Below are positions 1 to 12,112 of a stretch of 40,052 bases of DNA, piece after piece (within the stretch, counting starts at the first letter, position 1; the number at the start of each line of letters is the position of its first letter). Below the pieces are notes generated by a model. That model searched no databases and was not told where the DNA came from. It saw nothing but the letters and a program-made list of their open reading frames with translations. Both the position numbers and the translations under genes were made by a program. Origin of the DNA: Octopus sinensis (Eukaryota); assembly GCF_006345805.1 (NCBI RefSeq), contig NW_021835489.1, positions 1-40,052 on the forward strand, written 5' to 3'.

Positions 1-1322
1 TATATATTTATCTACATATACACACACATATATATAAGAAATATCAGGATAAAATCTATACAAGTTTCCATCAAGTAGCCAGTGTGAAAAACCGATTAAA
101 GAAAAAATTAATACAAAGTATATATTTTTTTCTTTATTATATCAAGGGCTATTACTATAAGGCCACACGCTGTAAGAGAAGTTTAAAGCGAAACTACTTC
201 AATAAATATACACACGCAATAATGTATCTACATATATATGTATTTATATACATATATAAACACACACACACATTTACATAATGGTTTCACTCAGCTCAAC
301 ACTACACAATTGTTACTTTCATGAGATCTATTAAATATTAATATTCGATTGAAATAAAATTAATATGCGGCTATTTACCAGATGAAGGATACACTAAAGA
401 TGGCTACCAAGTGTTTGTATGAAGCAGGGCGTCATTTTTTTTTCAGTTGAGTTAATGTGAAAAGATTGGTAATAAGGTGCGGTGAGTTAGTATTCTATAT
501 TCTACCATTTGGTAGAATAAACGGACTAATTGTGAGACGCAGTCGTCAATTTACAGGCTTTGGGAACTCAGAGATAATAGTGACGTGAAAATTGTGCTGT
601 GAGGAAGCTATAACACATGGTGATGTAAATTGTGTAGTGGCATCAGTAGAATTAAGTTTTGCATTGATGTGAAGCGAACCTGGATCTCGTTGCCGTCTTC
701 CCACAAAAAATAATCCACGGAAAAGAAATAATCTCACTATGACCAAATAAGTATGTTGATAAGGTAGTTTTTGTTCCAGAATGCCATCATCTAATAATTT
801 TCAATTCATCATGACGTTATACTTTTGGTCATAAGATTAAGGTATATTACATTTCCCTCGAATTATTATGTAAGCTATTGCAGTTTTCACAATATCTCCT
901 TAAGATGAGGTTCACAATTTTGTACTCGAAGAGCGTAAGTAAAAGACTTCCTGGGTGAGTTGAAAAAAGTGGTTTCCTTGACATTGCAATACGAACGCAA
1001 TGCTTGGCAAAGCAAAGCACACTTCACCTAGACTTCATTTATGGCCAACTTCTTTCTGTGAAATCTTTGGCTGTAATGCTTGTCTAGTGTTTCGTGGTGT
1101 CATTAAACTGTGAAGACAGTTGTTTACACCATTGTGTTTGAGAAGCAGGAAGCACTCAGTGAGCAGTTGGTTATTTTTCTGTAGTGACTGGCTGTCGTCT
1201 TTGATAATAACTCTGTGACTGCGTATTTGTTTCTTTTGTAGCGTACAAGACTGGAAGCGATATTATCTATGCATGGGTAGATAACGTTAACGTTGCTGAT
1301 ATTAAAGTGCTTATCATACTCA

Positions 1323-1379
1323 TCAGGGTACCATATACTGAGCCAAACCATTGGAAATTAAGGACTGCGTAAATTCAAC
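1323..1379 (-). CDS. Possible terminal coding exon (VEFTQSLISNGLAQYMVP*), gene unidentified
   Basis: Strong acceptor tgtttgttgatttcag|GTT on the minus strand, then 18 codons and TGA in phase 0; the other two frames stop sooner. No homology confirmed. Confidence 0.25.
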   Translation of the reverse strand, partial: VEFTQSLISNGLAQYMVP

Positions 1380-1752
1380 CTGAAATCAACAAACACGGAA
1401 TATCTTGTTATATAAGTGATACACTAGGTATGTAACGTATTCAAATATTCACAGTTGTACTAAATCAGAAATAAAAGGCAGTATACTTCTAACTGGAATA
1501 CACATGATCATATATCATTCACAAGAGCAACACCCTGGCTCTAACTAGACACAAACAAAACACAACAGCAACAAGATCTACCATTATATCCTCAGTATTA
1601 CATTCAATATACACACATTCGAATCTATGCTACCATGACTACATTCACAACTATATATATATTTTAATTTATTTCTGTATGAATTCTCTACTATCAGATT
1701 GTCAATTTAATATTTATAACATCATCCAATAAACACAAAATTCTATTAAAAT

Positions 1753-1754
<2 letters not shown>

Positions 1755-1787
<33 letters not shown>

Positions 1788-1864
1788 ATCGATTATTGAT
1801 CTGCGTGTTTCATCATCAATATTTTTCTTCACCCTTCAACGTATTGAAGCTCTTGTTGTTTTTT

Positions 1865-1901
<37 letters not shown>

Positions 1902-2057
1902 CCATCATCATCATCGTCTTCATCATCATCATTATCGTGTTCATCATCATCATCGTCAAAATAATCGTCGTCGTTGTTGTAGCTGCTATTGTTGATGATA
2001 GTGTTGTCACTGTTATACGTATTATAATAAAAATAATAATAATAATTATTATTATTA

Positions 2058-2116
<59 letters not shown>

Positions 2117-2267
2117 GTTCTTGTTATTATTATTATTTTTATTATTATCATCATCATCATCATTAGGGTGAAACATTATACTGCTCGAGTTACTACTACT
2201 ACAACTACTACTACTACTACTGCTGCTGATGCTGATGCTGCTACTACAACTACTACTACTACTACAT
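1755..2267. repeat. Compound microsatellite (GT)n-(CAT)n-(ATT)n-(ACT)n
   Basis: Directly visible; explains the poly-I/H/M/N/T ORFs at 1757-2548. Confidence 0.95.
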
Positions 2268-2938
2268 TGAACAGAAAGGGTGCCGAAGATAGTAAGATGG
2301 AGTTTAGACTGCCAAAAAGTGCTCAGATGTTGATGAGACGAGGGAAAGGTTGCCAGGAGAGAAGCCATATCGGTGAAATGATGAACGCAGTTCGTCTTCG
2401 TTGTAGCTATAAATGCCTGGGAATACTTGAGGCAGATGGAATCAAATACAATGAATGACAAGAAGGAAAAGACAAAACGAGAGTCCCTGCGGCGAGTGGG
2501 GAAAATATTGGCTTCGAAGTTGAATGCCAGAATCATAATTTCACCCATAAACTCGCGCGCAGTCGCAGTAGTTTGGAACGGTGCTGGAATCCTGAAGTGG
2601 ACGGAGGAGGAGCTAAAGGAGACAAACAGGAAGTCGAGAAAGCTCCTAACGATGCGTGGAGCCCATTATCCATGTGCAGACACTGATCGTTTATACATGA
2701 AGAGACCAAATAGAGGAAGGGGACTGAGAAGTGTGAAAGACTGCGTGCGTATCGAACTCGAGAGTTTAATGAGATACGTAGCCCAAAGTAAGGATACCTA
2801 GGTAGTGGCAGTTAGAAACGAGGAAATATTGCCCCTACAGAAGAAAGGAACACTAAAAGAAGAGACAGAGAATATTATTCTGGCAGTGCAAGACCAAGCT
2901 TTGGCCACGAAATGGAGTGTCAACCTTTGGAATGAGCA

Positions 2939-2940
<2 letters not shown>
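2268..2940 (+). mobile_element. Non-LTR retrotransposon fragment, R4/Dong-like, RT C-terminal region, degenerate
   Basis: Translates to YKCLGILEADGIKYNE, KLNARIIISPINSRAVAV, LKWTEEELKETNRKSRKLLTM, ADTDRLYMKRPNRGRGL and EETENIILAVQDQALATK, motifs typical of R4/Dong-clade ORFs. Has frameshifts and stops; bounded by microsatellites. Confidence 0.8.
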
Positions 2941-2977
<37 letters not shown>

Positions 2978-3075
2978 CACACACACATATATATATATAT
3001 CAACAGGTTTGATCGGGCTGTCATCACTTATATCTGAATATCTATCTGCCAATCAATCAATCACTCAGTGAATCA

Positions 3076-3145
<70 letters not shown>

Positions 3146-3435
3146 TTATCTATTTGTCTCTCTCTCTCTCTGTTTCTCTCTCTATGTATTTATGTGTGCG
3201 TGTGTGTGCGTGTGTGTGTGTATGTATAAGGAATAGAATATTTACAAAATCTTTGTAACTCTCATGTTTGAAAACACTAATTTCTTATCACTTACCGTCG
3301 TTTTTTAAAAAAAAGCAACACGTGTGAAGTTTTTCAGTTCATGTTGATGAAGTTTTAATATGCTTGACATTTTCTGAAGTATCCCACTCCGTCCTTGGTT
3401 CATACGATGTTCATTATATGAATACTATAACTTAC

Positions 3436-3529
3436 TCCATATTTCTTATTAGCTTTTCCTCAAAATCTAACACGTAAGATATATGACTCGAAACTCCATT
3501 CAGTACTACTACGATAGACAAAGTAGATC
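3436..3529 (-). CDS. Possible internal 94-nt exon ((G)STLSIVVVLNGVSSHISYVLDFEEKLIRNM)
   Basis: Canonical ttttttcttcag| acceptor and |gtaagt donor; exactly one open frame (phase 1 to phase 2). Confidence 0.3.
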
Positions 3530-4369
3530 CTGAAGAAAAAATATTCCATGCAAGAAAGAACCGTTTTAATGAAGCCTTCGTTCACTTAATTGTTCGTATT
3601 AGCATCAGATTTGATTCCAGATGTATTTGTTCAGTTTGTTTGCTTCAGAGTCTTTCTACTTGTCTCAGATTTGACGCGCTAAATCTATAGCTAAACGACA
3701 GAGGTATTCTGCGCATGGAAACTTTTTGTTTTTTAATACTTGCTATAAAAATAGTGAAGCTTTTATTTCAACGGTGATATATGTCGACATTCATTTTACT
3801 AACAATACAATGCTGTACATAGCACACAAGCAGATAATTACTTCAGCAAATCTGGAAAATTCTAGCAGCATAGAGATTTTAAGAGTATCAAGGATTACAC
3901 AATTCAATATTTTTCTTCCAAGCTTTGCATCTTTCCGTCATTATTCTTATTGCTCTGAGAGCAATAAATCCTAAACGTTAACTCATTTCGTATTTAATGA
4001 GTTATTATAATAATAAATTCAACAATTAATGCATTTCCCATCAGACGATAAGAAAGATATAAATGGAAACACATCATTAATATTCCAGGGCGTTCATTTC
4101 AATAATTTTTAAATAATTTTATGAGCACATGAAATCATTTCATCAGTAAGGTTTAATCCAAATTAATCCAGTTATACGGATCGTCGTAATTGGTTAAGTG
4201 TGAGTTTGCGAATATTCGTTTTTAACGCGGCATAAATATGGAGTCGTAATGCTACTGGCAACGTGCCGTGCATTTAAATCAAGTCATAGGTTATGCATAC
4301 ATACGTACATTCACACATACATATATACATGCATTTATACATACATATGTATATACATATGTATGTAGA

Positions 4370-4400
4370 TAGATAGATAGACAGACAGACGTAAAGGTAG

Positions 4401-4431
<31 letters not shown>

Positions 4432-4546
4432 GAGAGATAGATAGATAGATATGTAGATAGATAGTTATATAGATAGATATATAGTAGATAGATAGATAGA
4501 TAGATAGATTAGATAGATAGATAGAGTAGATAGATAGATAAATAGT

Positions 4547-4626
<80 letters not shown>

Positions 4627-4669
4627 GGATAGATAGATATATTAGATAGATAGATAAATAGATATAATA
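4370..4669. repeat. (GATA)n microsatellite, degenerate
   Basis: Directly visible. Confidence 0.95.
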
Positions 4670-4699
4670 GATGACAGCCCGATCAAATTGCCTCTACAA

Positions 4700-4770
4700 T
4701 GGATGCGGGCTTAAGAAAGCCTTGTAAGTGAACTGGAAGGATAGAAACTGTAAGAAGCCAGTTGATATAT
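4700..4770 (+). mobile_element. Diverged SINE fragment (same family as 7615-8070)
   Basis: aaagccttgtaagtgaactgg...gaaactgtaagaagccagttgatata aligns by eye with aaagccttgtgaatggatatgg...gaaattgaaagaagcccgtcgtata at 7688-7737. Confidence 0.6.
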
Positions 4771-5036
4771 ATATATATATGTCTGTATATATATGTGTGT
4801 GTGTGTATTCATATATATATTTATAAGTATGTATGTGTGTGCGCGCGCGTGTGTAGGGTTTATTTTAATAGGGATTTGAACTTCCCTTAATGAAATTATG
4901 TAGGATATAGATATCCATTTGTAGGCGCATCACATTTCTTGCTGAAATGATTTTCGTCTCACCAGTTCATCTCCATGGTAACATTAATATGACTCTGACC
5001 CGATACTCCAAAAATCATTTTGATGCATGAAGCTAC

Positions 5037-5088
5037 CTGCAACTGCCTGTAGTATGCTCACATACACGGCAGCACATGAAAAAAACAT
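5037..5088 (-). CDS. Possible signal-peptide-like exon (MFFSCAAVYVSILQAVA-G, phase-1 donor)
   Basis: ATG, 17 mostly hydrophobic codons, then G|gtagct (weak donor); phase-compatible with the 3436-3529 candidate. Confidence 0.2.
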
Positions 5089-5247
5089 ATGGACGAAATC
5101 CCACTCGCCTAACATACCAATGCCTTCCTTCTCCTTTTGAATTGCGTGGTCTGATGACAATACCTCGAGTGTTATGACAAAATGTACCCAGAATGTAACG
5201 TAAATATTTATCTGACAACAATCTTCGCCATACCGTGGTTCAGACAT

Positions 5248-5446
5248 CACGGTTCACCTATCGCGGTTTACCTATCGTAGTTTATTATTTAAGCTTGCGT
5301 CGATTCCTCGGACGTATTGTTTGGCATTTATAGTAAACAGAAAAACAAATTATAAAAATAATTTTTAAAATGTTTTTCTACTTCACGAATTTTCACCTAT
5401 CGCGGGGTTTGTGAATGTATCACCCGCGATAGTCGAGGGATTACTA
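5248..5446. mobile_element. Small non-autonomous DNA transposon (pogo/Tigger-like MITE), left end degraded
   Basis: Right end cccgcgatagtcgagggattacta followed by TA; internal repeats of cacctatcgcgg resemble Tigger-type subterminal motifs. Confidence 0.5.
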
Positions 5447-5550
5447 TACATATACTTTTTCAAAATTTAGATCTAAGTATTCTATTGTATCGTAAAAGAA
5501 ATACTCTAACGACATATATAGTATAAACATTTATCCTCGACAAAATGAGT

Positions 5551-6232
5551 TGGCAGATATCGCAGTAAATGCTACGCAAATCCAAGTCTTCCGAACTAAG
5601 TTTATAATCTATAAGTGAGGGCGCGTGGCTTAGTGGTTAGGGCATTCGGCTCATGATCGTAAGGTTGTGAGTTCGATTCCCGGCGACGCGTTGTGTCCTT
5701 GAGCAAGACACTTTATTTCACGTTGCTCCAGTCCACTCAGCTGGCAAAAATGAGTTGTACTTGTATTTCAAAGGGTCAGCCTTGTCACTCTCTGTGTCAC
5801 GCTGATTATCCCCGAGAACTACGTTAAGGGTACACGTGTCTTGCACGTTAATTTCACGAGCAAGCTGTTCCGTTGATCGTATCAGCTGGGACCCTCGTCG
5901 TCGTAACCGGCGGAGTCTTTTAGATAATCTATAAATAATAAATCTGACATATACTTCATAATTAAATTAAGCTTTACACTTGTTTTAATTTTATAATCAT
6001 CATGATTTTTGTATTGGCGTAATTTGCTTACATAATTTATAAAAGCGATGTGTTAACCACACCGTCGTAATATATGGTAATGAAGTAACAATTACAGATT
6101 GAATTGCAAACGAATACATCTATTAATATTTTAATGCATAATAATGTACACAAATATTACTTCATGTTCATCATAACTTTCACATAGCTATATCGAATGT
6201 TACTCGACTTGCCACTAATTTTAACTGGTAAC
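5551..6232 (+). repeat. Left arm of ~360-bp inverted duplication (interrupted by the SINE)
   Basis: After removing the SINE and one TSD, it is the reverse complement of 8071-8432 with roughly a dozen substitutions by eye. Confidence 0.95.
5615..5923 (+). mobile_element. tRNA-derived SINE with CORE-like domain and 11-bp target-site duplication
   Basis: A box TGGCTTAGTGG (5626-5636), B box GTTCGATTCC (5671-5680), CORE-like gtgtccttgagcaagacact...ccactcagctgg; TSD ATAATCTATAA at 5604-5614 and 5924-5934. Confidence 0.9.
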
Positions 6233-6994
6233 AATTTATGCTTTAAAAAAAAATCAGATTCCTTAGTGTGTGATAATGATAAAAATTACAAGAATTACTA
6301 ATTGGTAAAATGGAACCAAAACTTAAAAGAATTTCAAGATTTTAAAAGGTACATTTGGATATAGACGTGCAGACATGTATACATTTACAAAAACGTTTTT
6401 GAACGTATATTAATAAGCTATATGATGGCGTGTACACTGTTATTTCAAAGAGGAAGTCGTATGAACAATTTTATGTTAAAATCAAAAAACATCGTTAGTG
6501 GCTATACGCATTACTCTTTAATGTAGACTGACAGATATAGCTTTAGGATTGATAGGAATATTTTTCTATGGTCTTTAAATGTCAAATAAGATTCACGTTA
6601 CATTGACAATCGTACACTGATAGGAAACATTAAATTCGGTACCGTTTCATTTGTTTCAAAACTTGATTAAGATGGTGCGTGTTAGAAATGCTTCTTAGCG
6701 TTGGTAACACTGTCTATGTATATAGATAAACACGCATACAAACACACACACACATATATAATTTTTATCTACGCAACCAACATTTCTATGCTTTTTCACA
6801 TTAAATCTTATATATATCTTTATGTATGTATGTGTGTATGTATATATGCTTGTATATTTATATATATATATATATATATAAACATATATGTATGTGGTGT
6901 GTGTGTAAACATTGGTGCCTTGTTGTACCACTATTCCATATTTATATAGACATATCTATGTATACATGTATATATACATGAATAAATATATATT

Positions 6995-7211
6995 CGAGGG
7001 GCTGCTGTATATCTTCTATCCATAAATGTATCGCAAATGGCCTGGCTGGACGCCGACACTTCCGAGTTCTTTTACAGGACTAAGGAAAACCGATGGAGCA
7101 CAGAGACAAGTGTGTGATTCTGAGAGGTGAATATGTTGAATAAAATCATAGTTATCTGCTCCTACTCTATTTCCTTTTACCCAGAGCCAGAAACTCCTCA
7201 GTACACCCTCG
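6995..7211 (+). mobile_element. Internally deleted mariner derivative (MITE-sized)
   Basis: Ends CGAGGGG... and ...CCCTCG|TA; retains the transposase C-terminus ctgagaggtgaatatgttgaataa (LRGEYVE*). Confidence 0.75.
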
Positions 7212-7614
7212 TATGTCTGTATATATATATATATATGTGTGTGTGTGTATGTATGTATGTATGTATGTTATGCATATGCATATATATGTGTGTGTGTGTT
7301 TGAGAGTGAGAGAGAGAGAGAGAGGGGGATCTGGATTTAGAAATTTGAATCGCCCCAATGATTAGCACACTATCAAAATCTGTTGAAGGAACTCGGTCCA
7401 TATATTCGAATCTCGTTGGATTCGTATCAACAACCACTGCATAACTTTGACAAGTCAGACAATCAAGGAGACACTCTCTTTATAGATGCTATCAAGTGGT
7501 GCTATTAAAGTATCTTTGAAAAATCTTGAGAATGTTTCAGGTTTTGATTCCTTTTTACCAATTAGTAATTCTTGTAATTTGTATCATTATTACACACTGA
7601 GGAAACTGATTTTT

Positions 7615-7733
7615 CACATGGTTTCGGGTTCATTCCCACTGCGTGGCACCTTCGGAAAGTGTCTTCTGCTATACCTCGGGCCGATCAAAGCCTTGTGAAT
7701 GGATATGGTAGACGAAATTGAAAGAAGCCCGTC

Positions 7734-7798
<65 letters not shown>

Positions 7799-8070
7799 AT
7801 GTGGTTTGGTGTGTGTGTGCGTGTGTGTGTGTGTGTATGTATTGTATGTATGTATGTGTGTCTATATGCATGTGTGTCTGTGTTTGTACCCTCAACATCG
7901 CTTGATAACGATGGTGGTGTATTTACGTCCCCGTAACCTAGCGGTTCGTTAAAATAGACCAATAGAATATGTACTAGGCTTACAGAGAATATGTCCTGGG
8001 GTCGATTTGCTCAACTAAATGCGGTGCTCCAGCATGGCCTCAGTCAAATGACCGAAACAAATGAAAGAGA
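7615..8070 (+). mobile_element. SINE with internal (TA)n/(GT)n microsatellite and CR1-like 3' tail, 5' truncated
   Basis: ggtttcgggttcattccc (B-box-like), gcgtggcaccttcggaaagtg (CORE-like), microsatellite at ~7737-7880, tail ggtgctccagcatggcctcagtcaaatgaccgaaac. Confidence 0.8.
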
Positions 8071-8432
8071 GTAACCAGTTAAAATTAGTGGCAAGTCGAG
8101 TAACATTTGATATAGCTATGTGAAAGTTATGATGACTATGAAGTAATAGATGTGTACATTATTATGTATTAAAATATTAATAGATGTATTCGTTTGCAAT
8201 TCAATCTGTAATTGTTACTTCATTACCATATATTACGACGGTGTGGTTAACACATCGCTTTTATAAATTATGTAAGCAAATTACGCCAATACAAAAATCA
8301 TGATGATTATAAAATTAAAACAAGTGTAGAACTTAATTTAATTATGAAGTATATGTCAGATTTATTATTTATAGATTATAAACTTAGTTCGGAAGACTTG
8401 GATTTACGTAGCATTTACTGCGATAACTGACA
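8071..8432 (-). repeat. Right arm of inverted duplication (SINE-free empty allele)
   Basis: Contains a single TTATAGATTAT (reverse complement of the TSD) near 8369-8379, exactly where the left arm carries the SINE. Confidence 0.95.
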
Positions 8433-9225
8433 TATATTTAACAAAGTTACACAAAAATATCTTGGAATATTAAAGAATAGTTTTATTCCGTAAGATTGCC
8501 ATTGGCTTCAGCCACGGCCTTCAGACAACTTCGGAATCTTCTAGAACTCTTCTGGAAGGTCACCTTGTTTAAGTTGACGAATGCTGCCATAATCCTTGCC
8601 TTGAGTTCATCGCTGGTGCTTCAAGGAGTTTTTTTGGTCTCCCGCTCAACTGCGCCCCACACATAATAAACAAGGGGGTTGTAATTTGGGAAGTTAGGTA
8701 GCCAGATGTTAGGGGTGATATGACTGCAGAAATTGTATGACGGCCATGACTGGGTTCTCATGCATTTTTGGCATGGTGCAGAGGCTTGTTGCCACACATA
8801 GGGTCTCATGACACGTGGCAGCATTACCTTCTCAAAGCACTTGATGTAGGCCTCAATCAGTGTGGGATGAGTAATGGAGACATAACTTAGCCATCACCAG
8901 TGGTTACATCAAACGCCGTGATGTTGATTGTGGATGCTTGATTTTTATCACCCCCCGGAACATGTTTTCTAGATTGCCCTCTTCTCAGATTAACACCCAA
9001 GAGTCTGAAATGTTCGTATTGGATATTCCGTTGCGAACGCAACAAATACAGCATGTCGTTTTCAAAATCCTGGCAGTGGGAATTATGAAATAGTGCTGTC
9101 TTTCTCTCAGACGGTGCCCACCTGACCCTAGTGTACTTTGTTGTCGACAAAATCAAAATCAAACAACAATGTGCATGCGCGAAAATAAAAATCTAAAATG
9201 GCGACAATATACCCATCGTATCCTG
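8433..9225 (-). mobile_element. Tc1/mariner-superfamily element, DD37D (maT-like) spacing, internally deleted and inactivated
   Basis: Reads WQQASAPC...ITPNIWLPNFPNYNPLVYYVWGAVERETKKTP...DELKARIMAAF, with 37 residues between the two (mutated) catalytic Asp positions. 5' end TA|CAGGATACGATGGGTATATTGTCGCC at 9225; 3' end truncated at the duplication arm. Confidence 0.85.
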
Positions 9226-9288
9226 TATATATGTATATGTATATATATGTATATATGTAAATGTATATGTATATATATATATATATAT

Positions 9289-9344
<56 letters not shown>

Positions 9345-9894
9345 TATATTATGTATATATATATATTAGAAATATCTGTCTATATATAAATATATATATA
9401 TGTTAAAATATGTGTCTCTCAGTGTGTCTGTGTATTTGCAAATGTGCGCATGCGTAAGCATGTCTGTGTGTCTATGTCTATGTGTATATGTTTGCTGTGT
9501 TTATTATCTTACTGGGGTTGATTTTTAAAAAACCTTTTTTTCTTCAATATATCCTTTTATGATGCGCAACGTTTTTGCCTCATCCCTCTCCGTCCTTGTC
9601 TAACCATATTTGTACAGCAGCTCATCTCTTGCGCAAAACGATATAAGAGAACATTGCTCCATAAATGAACATATCATGCTGGCAAAGATGAAAGCGGTTG
9701 TTGTTGTTATTTGTACTGTTGTCGAGGCTGGTGTTTTCTTTGTTGTTGTCATCGCTGTTGCTTTTGTTATTATTTTTGTTGTTGCTGTTGATGCCCTTCG
9801 TTTTCTTCTTGTTCTATTCCTCCTCCTCCCTTTCTCCTCCTTTTCTCTTCTATTTTCTTATTCCTCTTCTTTTTTCTTCTCTTTATTGTTTTTG

Positions 9895-9901
9895 TTGCTG
9901 T

Positions 9902-9948
<47 letters not shown>

Positions 9949-10026
9949 TTGCTATTATTATGAGATTTTTATTATTGCTCTTGTTCCTGTTCTTTATTAT
10001 TGTTATTGCTTGTACTATCATTTCTC

Positions 10027-10066
<40 letters not shown>

Positions 10067-10090
10067 CATTATTATTATTATTATTATTGT
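9895..10090. repeat. (CTA)n/(TAT)n microsatellite in low-complexity DNA
   Basis: Directly visible; source of the poly-L/Y/I ORFs at 9610-10147. Confidence 0.95.
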
Positions 10091-10607
10091 CGTGGATATT
10101 TTTGCCTGATATCCGGCAGCTTGTCATCATCTATATTTAAAACTTAAAAATGACAGTTAAACGAGATAATGAATAAAGGAAGACATTGAACCGAGGCTAT
10201 TAAAAATACATTGGAACCTATATCGATAATTGGGTAAGAATGCCTGGAGAGGGAGCAGGTCAGAGAGGATAAGGTAGAGAAAGAGTGATAGAGAGAGAGA
10301 GAGAGAGAGAGAGTCGGAGAGAAAGCGGGGGTAAAAGGGAGCGTTTAAACCTGGGTAGGCTTTTTCCAATATATCGTGTATTAAAGGAAAAATGATATTG
10401 CTTAGAAATATACAGCATCACATAGGCGAACCCGTGCATATATAATGATATAATATAGTACACACAGTCATAAAAGAATGAAAGCAGAAACATATATGTA
10501 ATATACGTATTTATATATACACATACACGCACATGTATGTATATATAAATATATGTATATATATGTGTATATATTTATGCTATATATATATGTATATATA
10601 TATTATG

Positions 10608-10638
<31 letters not shown>

Positions 10639-11038
10639 TATATATATTATATATATATATATATATATAATATATGCATATATTCTCCTTTTTTATTTAT
10701 TATTACTATGTTTTTACTGTTTTGTGTTTGTTTCTTTTTTATATTTCTGCAGCCTTTTAAAATCTCGAACTGATATCGCTTTAAGATTCGTTTTTATTGC
10801 CGTTATATAGCCAGATTATGGTTTTACAGTAAATATCTATATATCGCTTTATCTGCATGTGTAGACGTGTTCACGTGCTGGAAGGTTTGTGTACCGATTT
10901 GTGTACACATGCATATGTTTCTACATATACTTAGAAACCATTCACGACCACCACAAACGCTCATATATCATCAGACATAAGTATAGTTATATATATGTAT
11001 ATACCTATTTACATATATCTACATACATATACACAGGC

Positions 11039-11081
<43 letters not shown>

Positions 11082-11315
11082 TGTCTATGCGTGATTGCGT
11101 ATGAGTGTGTGTGGGTGCGTACGTATGCGTGTGTCTGTTTGTTTGCCTGTCTGTGTCTGTGTACATATTATTACGTTACAAAAGAATTATGAATGCATAT
11201 GAAGCTTACACGGAAACCATAAACAGAGTGACACACAGTATGTTATCTAGCACACACTCAGCAGATGCAACAACGTATACGCATATATGTGTACTTACAT
11301 GCATATATACACACC

Positions 11316-11353
<38 letters not shown>

Positions 11354-11364
11354 AATATATATGC

Positions 11365-11410
<46 letters not shown>

Positions 11411-11516
11411 TATATATACATACATATACATAGAGAGATAGATATATAGATAGATAGATATGTATATATATATATATACACACGTATACATATGCATATA
11501 AATGTATATATGTATA

Positions 11517-11589
<73 letters not shown>

Positions 11590-11593
11590 AATA

Positions 11594-11832
11594 TCATCAT
11601 CATCATCATCATTTAGCGTCCGCTTTCCATGCTAGCATGGGTTGGACGGGTCAACTGGGGTCTGGGAAGCCAGAAGGCTGCACCAGGCCCAGTCAGATCT
11701 GGCAGTGTTTCTACGACTGGATGCCCTTCCTAACGCCAACCACTCCGTGAGTGTAGTGGGTGCTTTTTACGTGCCACCGGCATAATTGCCAGACGGGGCT
11801 GGCAAACGGACACGATCGGATGATGCTTTTTT
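11594..11832 (-). mobile_element. SINE-like retroposon with RTE-type 3' end and (GAT)n tail
   Basis: Minus strand ends ...ccgtccaacccatgctagcatggaaagcggacgctaaatgatgatgatg and contains ggcgttaggaagggcatcc. RTE-tail assignment is from recall, not from a search. Confidence 0.7.
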
Positions 11833-11834
11833 TA

Positions 11835-12112
11835 AAACTCTGCCTAGGTTTCTGAGCAGATATCGCCAAGCTTTTGGTAAAATTCTGACGCAGGTTCTCT
11901 GTTCATCTTTCTCTGTCATTGTCAATGCGACGATCACACGCTACACACCTTCCTTCCAAGCACTGTTGTAAACAGCAAAAGTGAGCTAGAACGTTCAAAT
12001 TGTAAGCACGGGCACGACAGAATTCAAGATCGATATTTGCCAAGCGGCTCCACTCTGTGTGCCCTAGAGTCGTTACTATAACAACAGTCCAGTTGTTTAT
12101 TGATCAGACCAG
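11835..12112 (-). mobile_element. Mariner 5' end and transposase N-terminus, truncated
   Basis: ATG at 11919: MTEKDEQRTCV, then a +1 shift to EFYQKLGDICSET, resembling the mariner N-terminal EQRxCIKFC helix; cut off at the adjacent SINE. Confidence 0.7.

Noticed and set aside
1757-2267. Long poly-Ile/His/Met/Asn ORFs, and similar YIYI/HTHT/poly-Leu ORFs throughout the track
   Set aside because: They are translations of di-, tri- and tetranucleotide microsatellites that lack stops in some frames.
4984-5250. 88-aa ORF with an H-x4-C-x7-LQ pattern reminiscent of a cytochrome b561 helix
   Set aside because: The ORF start lies in a MITE, the preceding segment is not a transmembrane helix, and no other b561 exons were found.
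5618-5690. tRNA gene with a CAT anticodon-like loop
   Set aside because: It has A and B boxes but no proper acceptor stem, and it continues into a CORE-like body with a TSD, so it is a SINE head.
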